From Scenedesmus sp. PABB004 (taxonomy: Eukaryota): 64,000 nt of DNA. The notes below the pieces were generated by a model that made no database searches, was not told the DNA's origin, and saw only the letters and a program-made list of their open reading frames with translations. The stretch is taken from positions 1 through 64,000 of the forward strand of contig JABVCE010000020.1 of NCBI GenBank assembly GCA_014905635.1, given 5' to 3'. Positions 48,495-57,239 of this stretch are shown one piece after another. Within the stretch, counting starts at the first letter, position 1, and each line of letters begins with the position of its first letter. Position numbers and translations under genes: made by a program.

Positions 48495-51167
48495 ATGCCG
48501 CTCGCGCTGCGGGCGGCGCTGGCGCCTGGCGCGGCGGGGCGCGCGAAGATGATGGCCGCCTTTCGGAGCTCGCCGTGCCCGCACGCCATGCGCGCGTGCG
48601 GGCGGCTGCCGCTGGCTTTCCGCCATCGCGGCCAGAGTCCGGCGCGGCCGCCGATCTCGTGTCGGCGCGGCGCCGGGAGACGCCGCGGCAGCGGCGGCGC
48701 AGCAGCAGCGGCGGCGGCGGTTGCGGCCGCGCCGCTCGCCGCCGAGCCCGCGACCACGCTGGCGGTGCTGGCGGTCTGCGCCGCGGCCGGGCAGCTGGCG
48801 GAGGCGCACACGCGCTTGGGCGCGCTCGCCAGCGCGCCGCTGCTGGCGCTGGCCGCCGCGCTCGCCGCCGCCGCTGCGGGCGCGCTGCCGGCGGCGAGCC
48901 CCGTCTACGACGCCGTGTGGTGCGGCGGCCGCGCACGGCCGCCAGCGGCGGCGCCGCGCGCAGGGCGCGCACAGGGGCGCGCCGGCGCCGCCCACCCCCG
49001 CCGCCCACCCGCCGCCGTCCGCCGCGCCGCCCTCGGCCGCGCCGCAGGTGTCAGATCATGCCCCTGGGCGTCGCGCTGTTCCTGCTGGACACCGCGGACG
49101 TGGGGGAGCTCGCGGGCCGCGGGCGCGGCGTGCTCGTCGCGTTCCTCCTCGGCGCGGCGTGCATGGTCGCCGGCGCGCTCGCCGCGTGGGCGGCGCTCGG
49201 CGGCGCGCTCGGCCCGCACGGCGCCGCGCTCGCGTCCTGCCTGCTGGCGAGCTACATCGGTGCGCCGCGCGGGGGCCTCGGGGTGGGGGGGGGGCTCAGG
49301 CGCCGCGCCCAGCGGCGCCGCCGCGCGGCCACCTGCCACGCCGCGCCCACGCCCGCTGCGCCGCCGCGCCGCCTCCGTCAACAGGCGGCTCCGTCAACTT
49401 TGCGGCGGTTGCGGCGGCGACGGGCCTGCCGGCGGGCCTCGTGCCGGCGGCGATCGCGGCCGACAACCTGGCCATGCTGGGCCTGCTGGCGGGCATGATG
49501 GCCGTGCCCGTCCGCGCGCTCGCCGCGCTGCGCCCGCCCGCGCTGTCGGGCTGGGCGGGCGGGCGGCGCGCGCGCGGCGGCGCGCCCGAGGCCGGCGACG
49601 GCGCGCCGCTCGGCCTCGACGGCCAGGACCTGCTCACGGCGCCGCCCGCGCCCGACGCGGTCGCGGCGTGCCTCGAGGCCAGCGCGCACGGCCGGCGCGG
49701 CGGCGGCGGCGGCGGCGGCGCACGCGGCGGCGCCAACCCCAAGCAGCTCGCGGGCAGCAGCCGCGCGGTCACGACGCGCGCGCTGGACGGCGGGCCGCTG
49801 CTCACGCCCGACCCGCCGGCGCCGGCGGCGGGCGGCAACGGCAAGGCCGCCGCCGCGGCGGCCAAGGCGGCCGGCGCGCCCGGCGGCGCCGCGTCGGCGG
49901 CCTGCGGCGGCTGCCGCGCGAGCGGCGTGACGGCGCTGGACGAGGGCCCGCTGCTCACCACCGCGCCGGCCATGGGCGACGCGATCAGCGCGATCAGCGC
50001 CGCGCGCGACGGCCGGCAGCAGCTGCTCGCGCCCGACCCGCCTGGCACGCCCAAGCGGCCGCCGGCGGCGCCCGAGGGCGTGGTGGGGTGCGGCTGCTGC
50101 AGCGAGGCGCTCGACGCCATGGCCGCCGCGCAGGGCGCGCCGCGCGCGGGCGCCGGCGGCGCGCCGGCGGCCGCCGGGCCCGGCGACGCGCGGCGCCGCG
50201 CCGCGCCGGGCGGCCCGCTCGCGCTGGACGGCGGCGCGCTGGAGACGGCGGAGCCCGAGCCGCGCGCGCTCGACGCGGCGCTCGCCGCGGCGCGGGCGGG
50301 GCGGTCCGGCAGCGGCAACGTGAGCGTGAGCGAGACGGCGCTGACCAGCCTCGCGAGCACCGAGTCGGTGGACGACCTCGAGCTGGTCGCGCGCTTCGAC
50401 CTCACCCAGCTGCGCACCTCGCTCGACAGCGCGCGCGCGGCGCAAGCGGCGGCCGCCGACGCGGCCGACGCCGCGGCGGCCGCGGCGCGCGCGCGCGGCG
50501 GCGGCGGCGGCGGCGCCCGCGCGCCGTCGCCGCCGCCGCCCGCGCCGCCCGCGCCGCCGCCGCGCCGGGCGGCCGTAATCGTGGCGGCGCCGGTCAGCGG
50601 CGCGCTGACGGCGAGCACCGCGGCGACCTCGCTCGCCGCCGCCGCGGTCTCGGTCGCGGCGCGCGCGCGCTGTCGGCCGCGCTGGGCGCGCCCGCGCTGC
50701 AGCTGCTGCTGCTCAGCGGCTGCGCGCTCGCGCTCTCGGCCGGCGGCGGCGCCGCCGCGCGCGCGGCCGCGGGCGGCGGCCGCCCCGCGGCGCCGTTTGC
50801 GGGCGCGGCGAGCCTCGGCGCCGCGGCGATGGGGCTCTTTTTCGCCACGCTCGGCGCGAGCTGCGCGTGCCCGCTGTCGTCGCTGTCCGCGGTCGCGCCG
50901 CTCGCTGGTTTTGTGGTCGTCATGGTCTCCGTGCACTGGCTGCTGCTGGGCGTGGTCGGCCGGCTGGTGCTGAAGCTGCCGGTGCGCGCGCTGCTCGTGG
51001 GCAGCGCCTGCAACGTCGGCGGGCCGGCCACCGCCGCGGGCATCGCGTCGGCGCGCGGCTTCAGCGCGCTGGTGCAGCCCGCGCTGCTCTGCGGCTCGCT
51101 GGGCTACGCGCTTGGCACGGGCGGCGGGCTCGCACTCGCGAAAGTGCTCGGCGCGCTGCCGGCGTGA
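48495..51167 (+). CDS. DUF819 (YjcL-like) multi-pass membrane protein with a large hydrophilic insertion; apparent frameshift at 50659-50670
   Basis: LPAASPVYDAVW, MPLGVALFLL, ASYIGGSVNFAAVA, AIAADNLA, SACNVGGPATA, LVQPALLCGSLGYALGT. Confidence 0.82.
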   Translation: MPLALRAALAPGAAGRAKMMAAFRSSPCPHAMRACGRLPLAFRHRGQSPARPPISCRRGAGRRRGSGGAAAAAAAVAAAPLAAEPATTLAVLAVCAAAGQLAEAHTRLGALASAPLLALAAALAAAAAGALPAASPVYDAVWCGGRARPPAAAPRAGRAQGRAGAAHPRRPPAAVRRAALGRAAGVRSCPWASRCSCWTPRTWGSSRAAGAACSSRSSSARRAWSPARSPRGRRSAARSARTAPRSRPACWRATSVRRAGASGWGGGSGAAPSGAAARPPATPRPRPLRRRAASVNRRLRQLCGGCGGDGPAGGPRAGGDRGRQPGHAGPAGGHDGRARPRARRAAPARAVGLGGRAARARRRARGRRRRAARPRRPGPAHGAARARRGRGVPRGQRARPARRRRRRRRTRRRQPQAARGQQPRGHDARAGRRAAAHARPAGAGGGRQRQGRRRGGQGGRRARRRRVGGLRRLPRERRDGAGRGPAAHHRAGHGRRDQRDQRRARRPAAAARARPAWHAQAAAGGARGRGGVRLLQRGARRHGRRAGRAARGRRRRAGGRRARRRAAPRRAGRPARAGRRRAGDGGARAARARRGARRGAGGAVRQRQRERERDGADQPREHRVGGRPRAGRALRPHPAAHLARQRARGASGGRRRGRRRGGRGARARRRRRRRPRAVAAAARAARAAAAPGGRNRGGAGQRRADGEHRGDLARRRRGLGRGARALSAALGAPALQLLLLSGCALALSAGGGAAARAAAGGGRPAAPFAGAASLGAAAMGLFFATLGASCACPLSSLSAVAPLAGFVVVMVSVHWLLLGVVGRLVLKLPVRALLVGSACNVGGPATAAGIASARGFSALVQPALLCGSLGYALGTGGGLALAKVLGALPA

Positions 51168-51294
51168 GCGCGGGCGGCGGCGGCTGTTTGTGTTTTTGTG
51201 TTCTATGCAGCGGTCGCCCGAGTTTTTGCGCCCCCGGTTTGGTGGCGCGTGGTGTTCGGTGGTCTGCGAGGTGCGCTGGGAGCGAGGTCAACAG

Positions 51295-52810
51295 TCAGTC
51301 GTGCCCCGGCACGTACGCGCGCGACACGTCGTCGGCGCGCCGCAGGAAAAAGCGCAGGCAGGGCAGCTCCGCGCGCGCGAGCCCGGGGTGCGAGAGCAGC
51401 GACGCCGGCAGGCTCGAGCTCGTCAACGCCGGCGCCGCGCCCGCTCGCACGCGCTCCCACGCCGGCGCCACGGCGGGCAGCGCGCGCCAGCCGCCGCCCG
51501 TGTCGTCCTCGCTCGGCGGCGGCTCGGCCAGCGCGCGCAGCTCAGCGAGCGGCAGGCTGCGCAGCGCCACCAGCCAGCGCGGCCCGTCGCCGCTGCCGCT
51601 GCCGCTGGCGGGGCGGGGCATTGGCATGCAGGGCCCCAGCCGGCATCCCGCCTCGCCCGCTGGACTGCCCGGCGAGCCGCCACCCTCGCTCGGGGGCACC
51701 AGGCTGCGCGGGTCGCAGCCCCACCACGCCAGGATCAGCGTGGTGCGCGCCGGCGGCTGCTCCGCGGCGTCGCCTCCGCCGGCTCCCGGCTGCTCGTCCC
51801 CGTCGTCCAGCGGCAGCGGCGCGCCCGGCAGCACTCCGTGGAGCAGGTCGCCCGGCCACACCGCCATGCGCCCGGGTGCCGGGTGCGCCAGCCAGGCGCG
51901 CACCGCGAGCGGCGGCCGCTGCTCCTGCTGCGCCTGCGCCTGCACCTCCACCTGCGCCTGCGCCGGTCGCGCTCGCTTCGTCGGCGGCGGCACCCCCGGC
52001 TCCCGCTGCTCCGGCGACGGCCCCGGCGACGCGCCGCCGGCCGTGTCCTGCTCCAGCACCAGCGTGGGCCCGCCGCTCGCGCTCAGGAACAGCACGCTGC
52101 TTGCTGCGGGGTGCGCCAGGCGGTACGCGGCCAGGCCCCGCCGCATCGCCCCCTCCGCCGCGTCAAAGTGCAGCTGGTGCGGCGCCCAGGGCGGCCGCGT
52201 GTGCGCCCAGCACTCGACGTGCGTCGCGGCGGCGGCGACGGCGGCGGCAGCCGCCGCCGCCGCGCCGCCGCCGCACGCCGCGGTGCGCAGCCGCGCGCGC
52301 AGCAGCAGCGCGGCCGCCTGCAGCGCGTCGGCGGGGCCGCCGTCTGCCGCGGCTTGCAGGTCTATCAGGTAGCTGAAGAAGGGCGTGCCGTCCGCGCCGT
52401 AGCCGTGGGCCGCCCAAAAGTCGGTGCTGCCGCCGTGGAACGCGGCGACCAGCGGCGCTAGCAGCGCCGGCGGCAGCGGCGCGTCGTGCACCAGCACGCC
52501 CGCGGCCTCCTGCCTGTCCCGCGCCAGCTCGTCGCCGCGCGCCGCCGCCCAGACGGCCGCCGACAGCCGCCAGGCGCACCCCAGGCGGTCAAGCCGGGCG
52601 TCTGCTGCAGCTTCCTGGCCGACCAGGCAGCAGTTGAGCGCCTGCGCGGCCGCGGCGGCAGCGGCAGCGTCGCACCGGCAGCGTCGGCAGCGGCAGCGGG
52701 CAAAGAGCGTGCCCAGCGCACACCTCAAGGTACAGTGCTTCCGCCGCGGCCGTAAGCGCGGCCTGTTCGAGGCTGGGCTCGCCGTCGGCGGGTGGGCTGG
52801 CCGCCGGCAT
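51295..52810 (-). CDS. Putative 2OG-Fe(II) oxygenase-like protein
   Basis: VECWAH...HQLHFD (HxD)...HPAASSVLFL...GGPTLV...PGRMAVWPGDLLHGV (distal His)...RTTLILAWW (2OG-binding Arg). One 5' intron after ALYLE. Confidence 0.65.
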
Positions 52811-53031
52811 CGCCGCTGCCCGGCGCGCGCTGCGATCGGCCCGAGGGCCCCCGCCCGGCCTCTGGAGCGAGTGCTTCAGCGGCGGAGAGTTCGTGGACCG
52901 GCCCGCTGCGCGCGCAACGTGTCGGCGCGGACGGGAGCGGTGCTGCTGCGCTGCTTCGCGGCGGCGCGTGCGGCCTGCTGGCGCGCGGCCTGCTGGAGCA
53001 GATAGAACTGGCGGCGCTGGACCCTGCCGAA

Positions 53032-53068
53032 CTGGGTCCCAGGCCAGGTGTCAGGTCTCAGCCGGCTG
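53032..53068 (+). repeat. Left imperfect direct repeat (pairs with 54532-54571)
   Basis: ctgggtcccaggccaggtgtcaggtctcagccggctg vs ctgggtcccagggcaggttacaggtcccagccgccggctg: 4 mismatches plus a 3-nt indel. Confidence 0.7.
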
Positions 53069-53104
53069 CGACCCAAAACCTGGGTCGAGCCCGCGCCGAG
53101 CCGC

Positions 53105-54517
53105 CGCCGCCGGCCCCCGCCCACGCGCGCGCCCGCGCCCCCCGCGCCGCCCACGCGCCCCCAGTGTGCCCCGCCTGGCCCGGGCTCGACCCCAACAAGC
53201 GCGAGTGCTGCAAGGACCAGTGCCTCAACCTGCTCTTCCCCTCCAACTCCACGCCCAGCGTCGGCGACACGCCCGTGTGCTGCCCCAAGGCCCTCACCTG
53301 CAACTTCCTGCCCACCACCGCGGGCGGCAAGCCCCAGGAGTTCTGCTGCACCACCAAGTGTGTGCCCGGCACGTGGCAGGGAACGGCGATCGACGTGTGA
53401 GTGCGGGGGCGCAGGCGGCGCAGAGCGCACCGCGCCGCGGGCGGCGCCCGCTTTCGGCCACGCCGGTGCCGGCCGCGCCGCTGCGTCGCTGCGCCTCTGA
53501 GCCCGCTCCCTCCCCCCATCCCGCCGGTGCCTCGCTGCTCAGGTGCTGCGAGAAGGAGCGCTTCTGCGGGCGCGATTGCTGCCGCAAGGAGCGCTACTGC
53601 GCGAGCCTGAACCCCCTCAAGCCGCCTCAGTGCTGCAACGACACGAGCACCTGCGTCGACGGCGAGTGCCGGCCGCCGGTGGTCACCACCGACACCAACT
53701 GCACCGCCCCCAACGTGACCTGCCCCTCATTCCCAAGCGGCACGCCGGACGTTTGCTGCCCCAGGGACAACTGCATGCCGGTGTGGGACCCGCTGCCGCC
53801 GCCCGGCTCCAAGATCGGCAACGCGTGCTGCCGCAACGTGCGTGCGCTCCGCGCTGCGCCCCGCGCTGCGCCCCGCGCTGCGCCCGCGCCGGCGCCCCTT
53901 GCTGCGCCCCGTGCCCCGCGCGCTTGCGCGCGGCGCTCCGCGCCCGCCGCCACACCAGCGCCCACGCTGACCCGCCCCCGCGCCCCGCCCCGGCCCCGCA
54001 GGAGAGCAACGTCTGCGCGCCCTTCAAGCCCCCGCCGGGCGCGCCGCCGCAGGTCTGCTGCGCCAAGCCCGGCAGCTGCACGCCCGTGCCGAACGCCGTG
54101 GGGGCGGTGACGCGGGTCTGCTGCCCCTTCCCGGTCACCAGCTTCAACGGCATCCCTGGATGCTGCCGCAAGGGCACGCGGCCCATGCCGGACGGCACCT
54201 GCTGCCCTGCGCCGCGCTACGGCTTTGTGCCCGGCAAGGGCCCCGTCTGCTGCAAGCCGGGCCTGGCCTTTGACGCTGCGAGCGGCACCTGCTGCGCCGC
54301 GGCGCGCTTCTGCCCCCCGATTCAGGGCAACGACCCCGGGACCACGCCGGCGTGCTGCCCCGTCCCCGGGCGCTGCGCGCTGTGGCCGCCGAGCCCCGCC
54401 GACGTCCAGACGCGCGTCTGCTGCCCCAAGGCGCGGCGCTGCGCCGTGTCGGTCGCGCCGCTCAAGGAGGAGTGTTGCCGCGTCGAGCAGACGTGCGTGG
54501 TCGACGCGGCCTCGGGC
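53105..54517 (+). pseudogene. Truncated mosaic copy of Cys-rich gene B (parts 59756-60234, 60471-60668, 62377-63125), introns retained
   Basis: Direct alignment with offsets 6651, 6894 and 8608; scattered substitutions; lacks the ATG/signal exons and the native stop. Confidence 0.88.
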
Positions 54518-54548
54518 AGCAGGAGACAGACCTGGGTCCCAGGGCAGG

Positions 54549-54553
54549 TTACA
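54549..54553 (-). terminator. Candidate chlorophyte poly(A) signal TGTAA for the FHA-parvulin gene
   Basis: TTACA on the + strand, about 30 nt past the stop at 54582. UGUAA is the established chlorophyte signal. Confidence 0.55.
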
Positions 54554-54581
54554 GGTCCCAGCCGCCGGCTGAGCCCCGGTC

Positions 54582-56338
54582 TCAGCCCGTGCGCAGGATG
54601 AGGTGCACGCCCGAGTCGCTGAACACGGGCTGGCTGAGCTCGCCGACCGCCAGCGCATACGTCGCGTCCTCAAACGCCCGCTGCATCTGGCCGGGCCTGC
54701 GCCCCCGCCGGCGGCGCGCAGCGGCGGCGGCGGCGTCAGCGTCGGCCCGTGCCCGCCGCACGAGTGCAATGGCGGCCGCGGCAGCAGGGGGGCCGGCCGC
54801 GCCGCCGCACGCGCCGCGCCGCCGCGCGCACGCGCCGCGCACCCGAACTCGCCGAGGTCGCCGCCCTTGCGCGCGCTGCTGCAGTGGCTCTCCGCCGCCG
54901 CCAGCGCGCCAAACTCGACCTCGCCCGCCTCCAGCCGCGCGCGGAACGCCTGGCGGTGCGGCGCCAGCGGGGCGGCGGGGCGGGAGCGGTCACGCGGGGC
55001 CCGCCGCGCGGCACGCGGGCGCGCCTAGCGGCGCCGCCCTGCGGTGCGGGGCGCCGCGGTGGGAGGGGGAGCGGGGGCGGCCGCCGCACCTGTATCATCT
55101 CCAGCGCCTCCTCCTTGCTGCGTGTGATCACCTTCTCCTGCAAACCACACGCCGCGCAGGCCGGCGGCGGCGCCCACCGCTGCTCAGCGCGCGGGCCGCG
55201 CGCGCACGAGCGCACGGGCGCCGCGCTGCGGCTGGCACCGCGCGCTGCGGCTGCGTGGCTGCGTGGCTGTCCAGCGGCGTGCTTGAGCCGGGCGGCCGCG
55301 CTGAGCGCCCCCCGGTGCTGGTTGCCCGCTGGTGTGGGTTGGTCTGGCGGCAGGTCATACCTTGCCCGCAGGTGTGGGTCTCGGCACCTGGGCGCTCGGC
55401 CTGGCCGCGTGCTGCGCGCCGCGCTGCCGCCGCGCTGCCGCGTGCTGCCGCCCGCTGCCGCCCGCTGCCGAGTGCTGCCTCGTGCGCCGCGCCCGCTGCC
55501 GCCCGCTGCCGCACCTTCCAGCTCGAGGGCCGCCGCGAGTCCCTGTGCTTCACCAGCAGGTGGCTCGCGCGCACCGTGCCGCTGCGCTCCGCGCCGCCGC
55601 CGCTGCGCTTGGCAGCCGTCTCGCCCGACGGCTCGCCGCGCCGCTTCTCGGCTGCGCACGGCGCGCGGCGCGCGGCGCGGTCAGGCGGGGCGCGTGGCCG
55701 ACAGAACCAACACTATCCCCCCCCCCCCCCCTGCCGCGCCGTGTGCCGCCTGCACCCCCCTCCGAGGCGCTCGCGCGCGCGCCGCGCGCCGCGCACCCGC
55801 GCTCTCGACGTCGCGCATGACGAACGCCGTGTCGAGGGCGCCAAACCTGATCGCCGCGCCGTTCTTGAGCACGGTGGGCTTGTTGGGCGGCAGCGCCGCG
55901 CCGTCCAGGAAGGTGCCGTGCGTGGACCCCAGGTCGATGATGAAGAGGCGGCCGTCGGTGTGGTGGCACAGCACCGCGTGGCAGCGCGACGCCGACGGGT
56001 GGTCCAGCGGCACGTCGCACGCCGACGCGTCCCTGTGCGGGCGCGGCGCGCGGGTGGGATGCAGCGGCGCCGCTGCTCTGAGCGGCGGCGGCGGCGGCGG
56101 AGGTCGCGCCGGGGCGCTGCGGCGCGCGGCGGCCGCGCCTGCCGAAGAGGTAGTACGCCTGCTTGTCCACCGGCTGCGTGTGCGTGGAGCCGTCGGGCTC
56201 CTGCACCTGCGCGGCGGCGCGGCGGCGTGAGCAGCGGCGGCGCGGCGCGGCGGCCCGCGCTGCCGCAGCGGCGCCCACCTCCAGCGTGGCGGTCCGGCAG
56301 GGCTGCGAGACCCAGTCGGGCGCGTGGAACGTGGGCAT
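54582..56338 (-). CDS. FHA-domain + Pin1-type parvulin peptidyl-prolyl isomerase
   Basis: [29 protein letters not shown]...[13 protein letters not shown]. Parvulin: [67 protein letters not shown]. Confidence 0.93.
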
Positions 56339-57011
56339 GGCGCGCCGCGCCGCCAGAGGGACAAGGGCTGGGGGCTCAGGCGAAAGCAGCTGCTGCTGAT
56401 GGCGGCGGCGGCGGGCGGGCGCGGGAGGTGCGGGCGGCGGCCGGCTCCGACAGGAGGCAGTGCGGTGGCGTGCAGCGCGGCGAGGGACGGCGCAGAGAGT
56501 GCTGGGCGGCGGCGGCTCGACGGCGCCGGCGGTTGTGGGCGCCGGCGTGGGATCGGAGCGGAGTGCGGGCGGCAGCGCGCTCGCGCTCGTGACGCAGCGT
56601 CGGCAATCATCAACAATACACGGCATTCAACAGACCTGCCCGCCTGCTTCGCCTGGCCGCGCGTCACCCCCCGCGCGATTGCGGCGACGCGGCGGCGGCG
56701 GCATCAGCGAGCAGCGACCGGGCCGGGAGAGGCCTTGGTTGATGCCAGGCCGCCCCTACAGGTGGGCGGAGCAGCAGGGGGCGCGCTGGGGGCGCGGGTC
56801 ACCCGCGAGTCGCTGCTGCCGGCCCGCACGCCGGCCGGCGCCCCTCTTTGCCGGCCGACGTGAGCGGCGCTGCTCCCGGCCCTGCTCGAGGCCCTGCAGC
56901 GCAGCTCACGCGGCCAGGCAGCGAGTTTTGAGGGCGGCGCGGGGCGGCGGAAGGGCGCCCGTTCAACCCTTGCGGTGCCTGCGCAGGGCCGCCGGTGTCC
57001 GTCCGTGTCGC

Positions 57012-57017
57012 TATAAA
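57012..57017 (+). promoter_or_regulatory. Candidate TATA box of Cys-rich gene B
   Basis: TATAAA about 225 bp upstream of the ATG at 57240, in an otherwise very GC-rich background. Confidence 0.45.
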
Positions 57018-57239
57018 CGAAACCTCCAGCCAGAATCACCTCCAACCCGCGCACCCAGGCGTTCCCGCGAGCCGTCCGGGCAGCCCAGACCCACCCGAGC
57101 AGCTCACGCCTGCTGCCCCGCCGCCTGGGGGCATCTCTGCCTGACGTCGCGCCTCGTTGCGTCTCCTACGACTCGTCGTCGCCGTTTGGAGCATCGTCGT
57201 CGCCCTTTTGAGCACCGCCTGCCTTTCGAGCACGCGACG

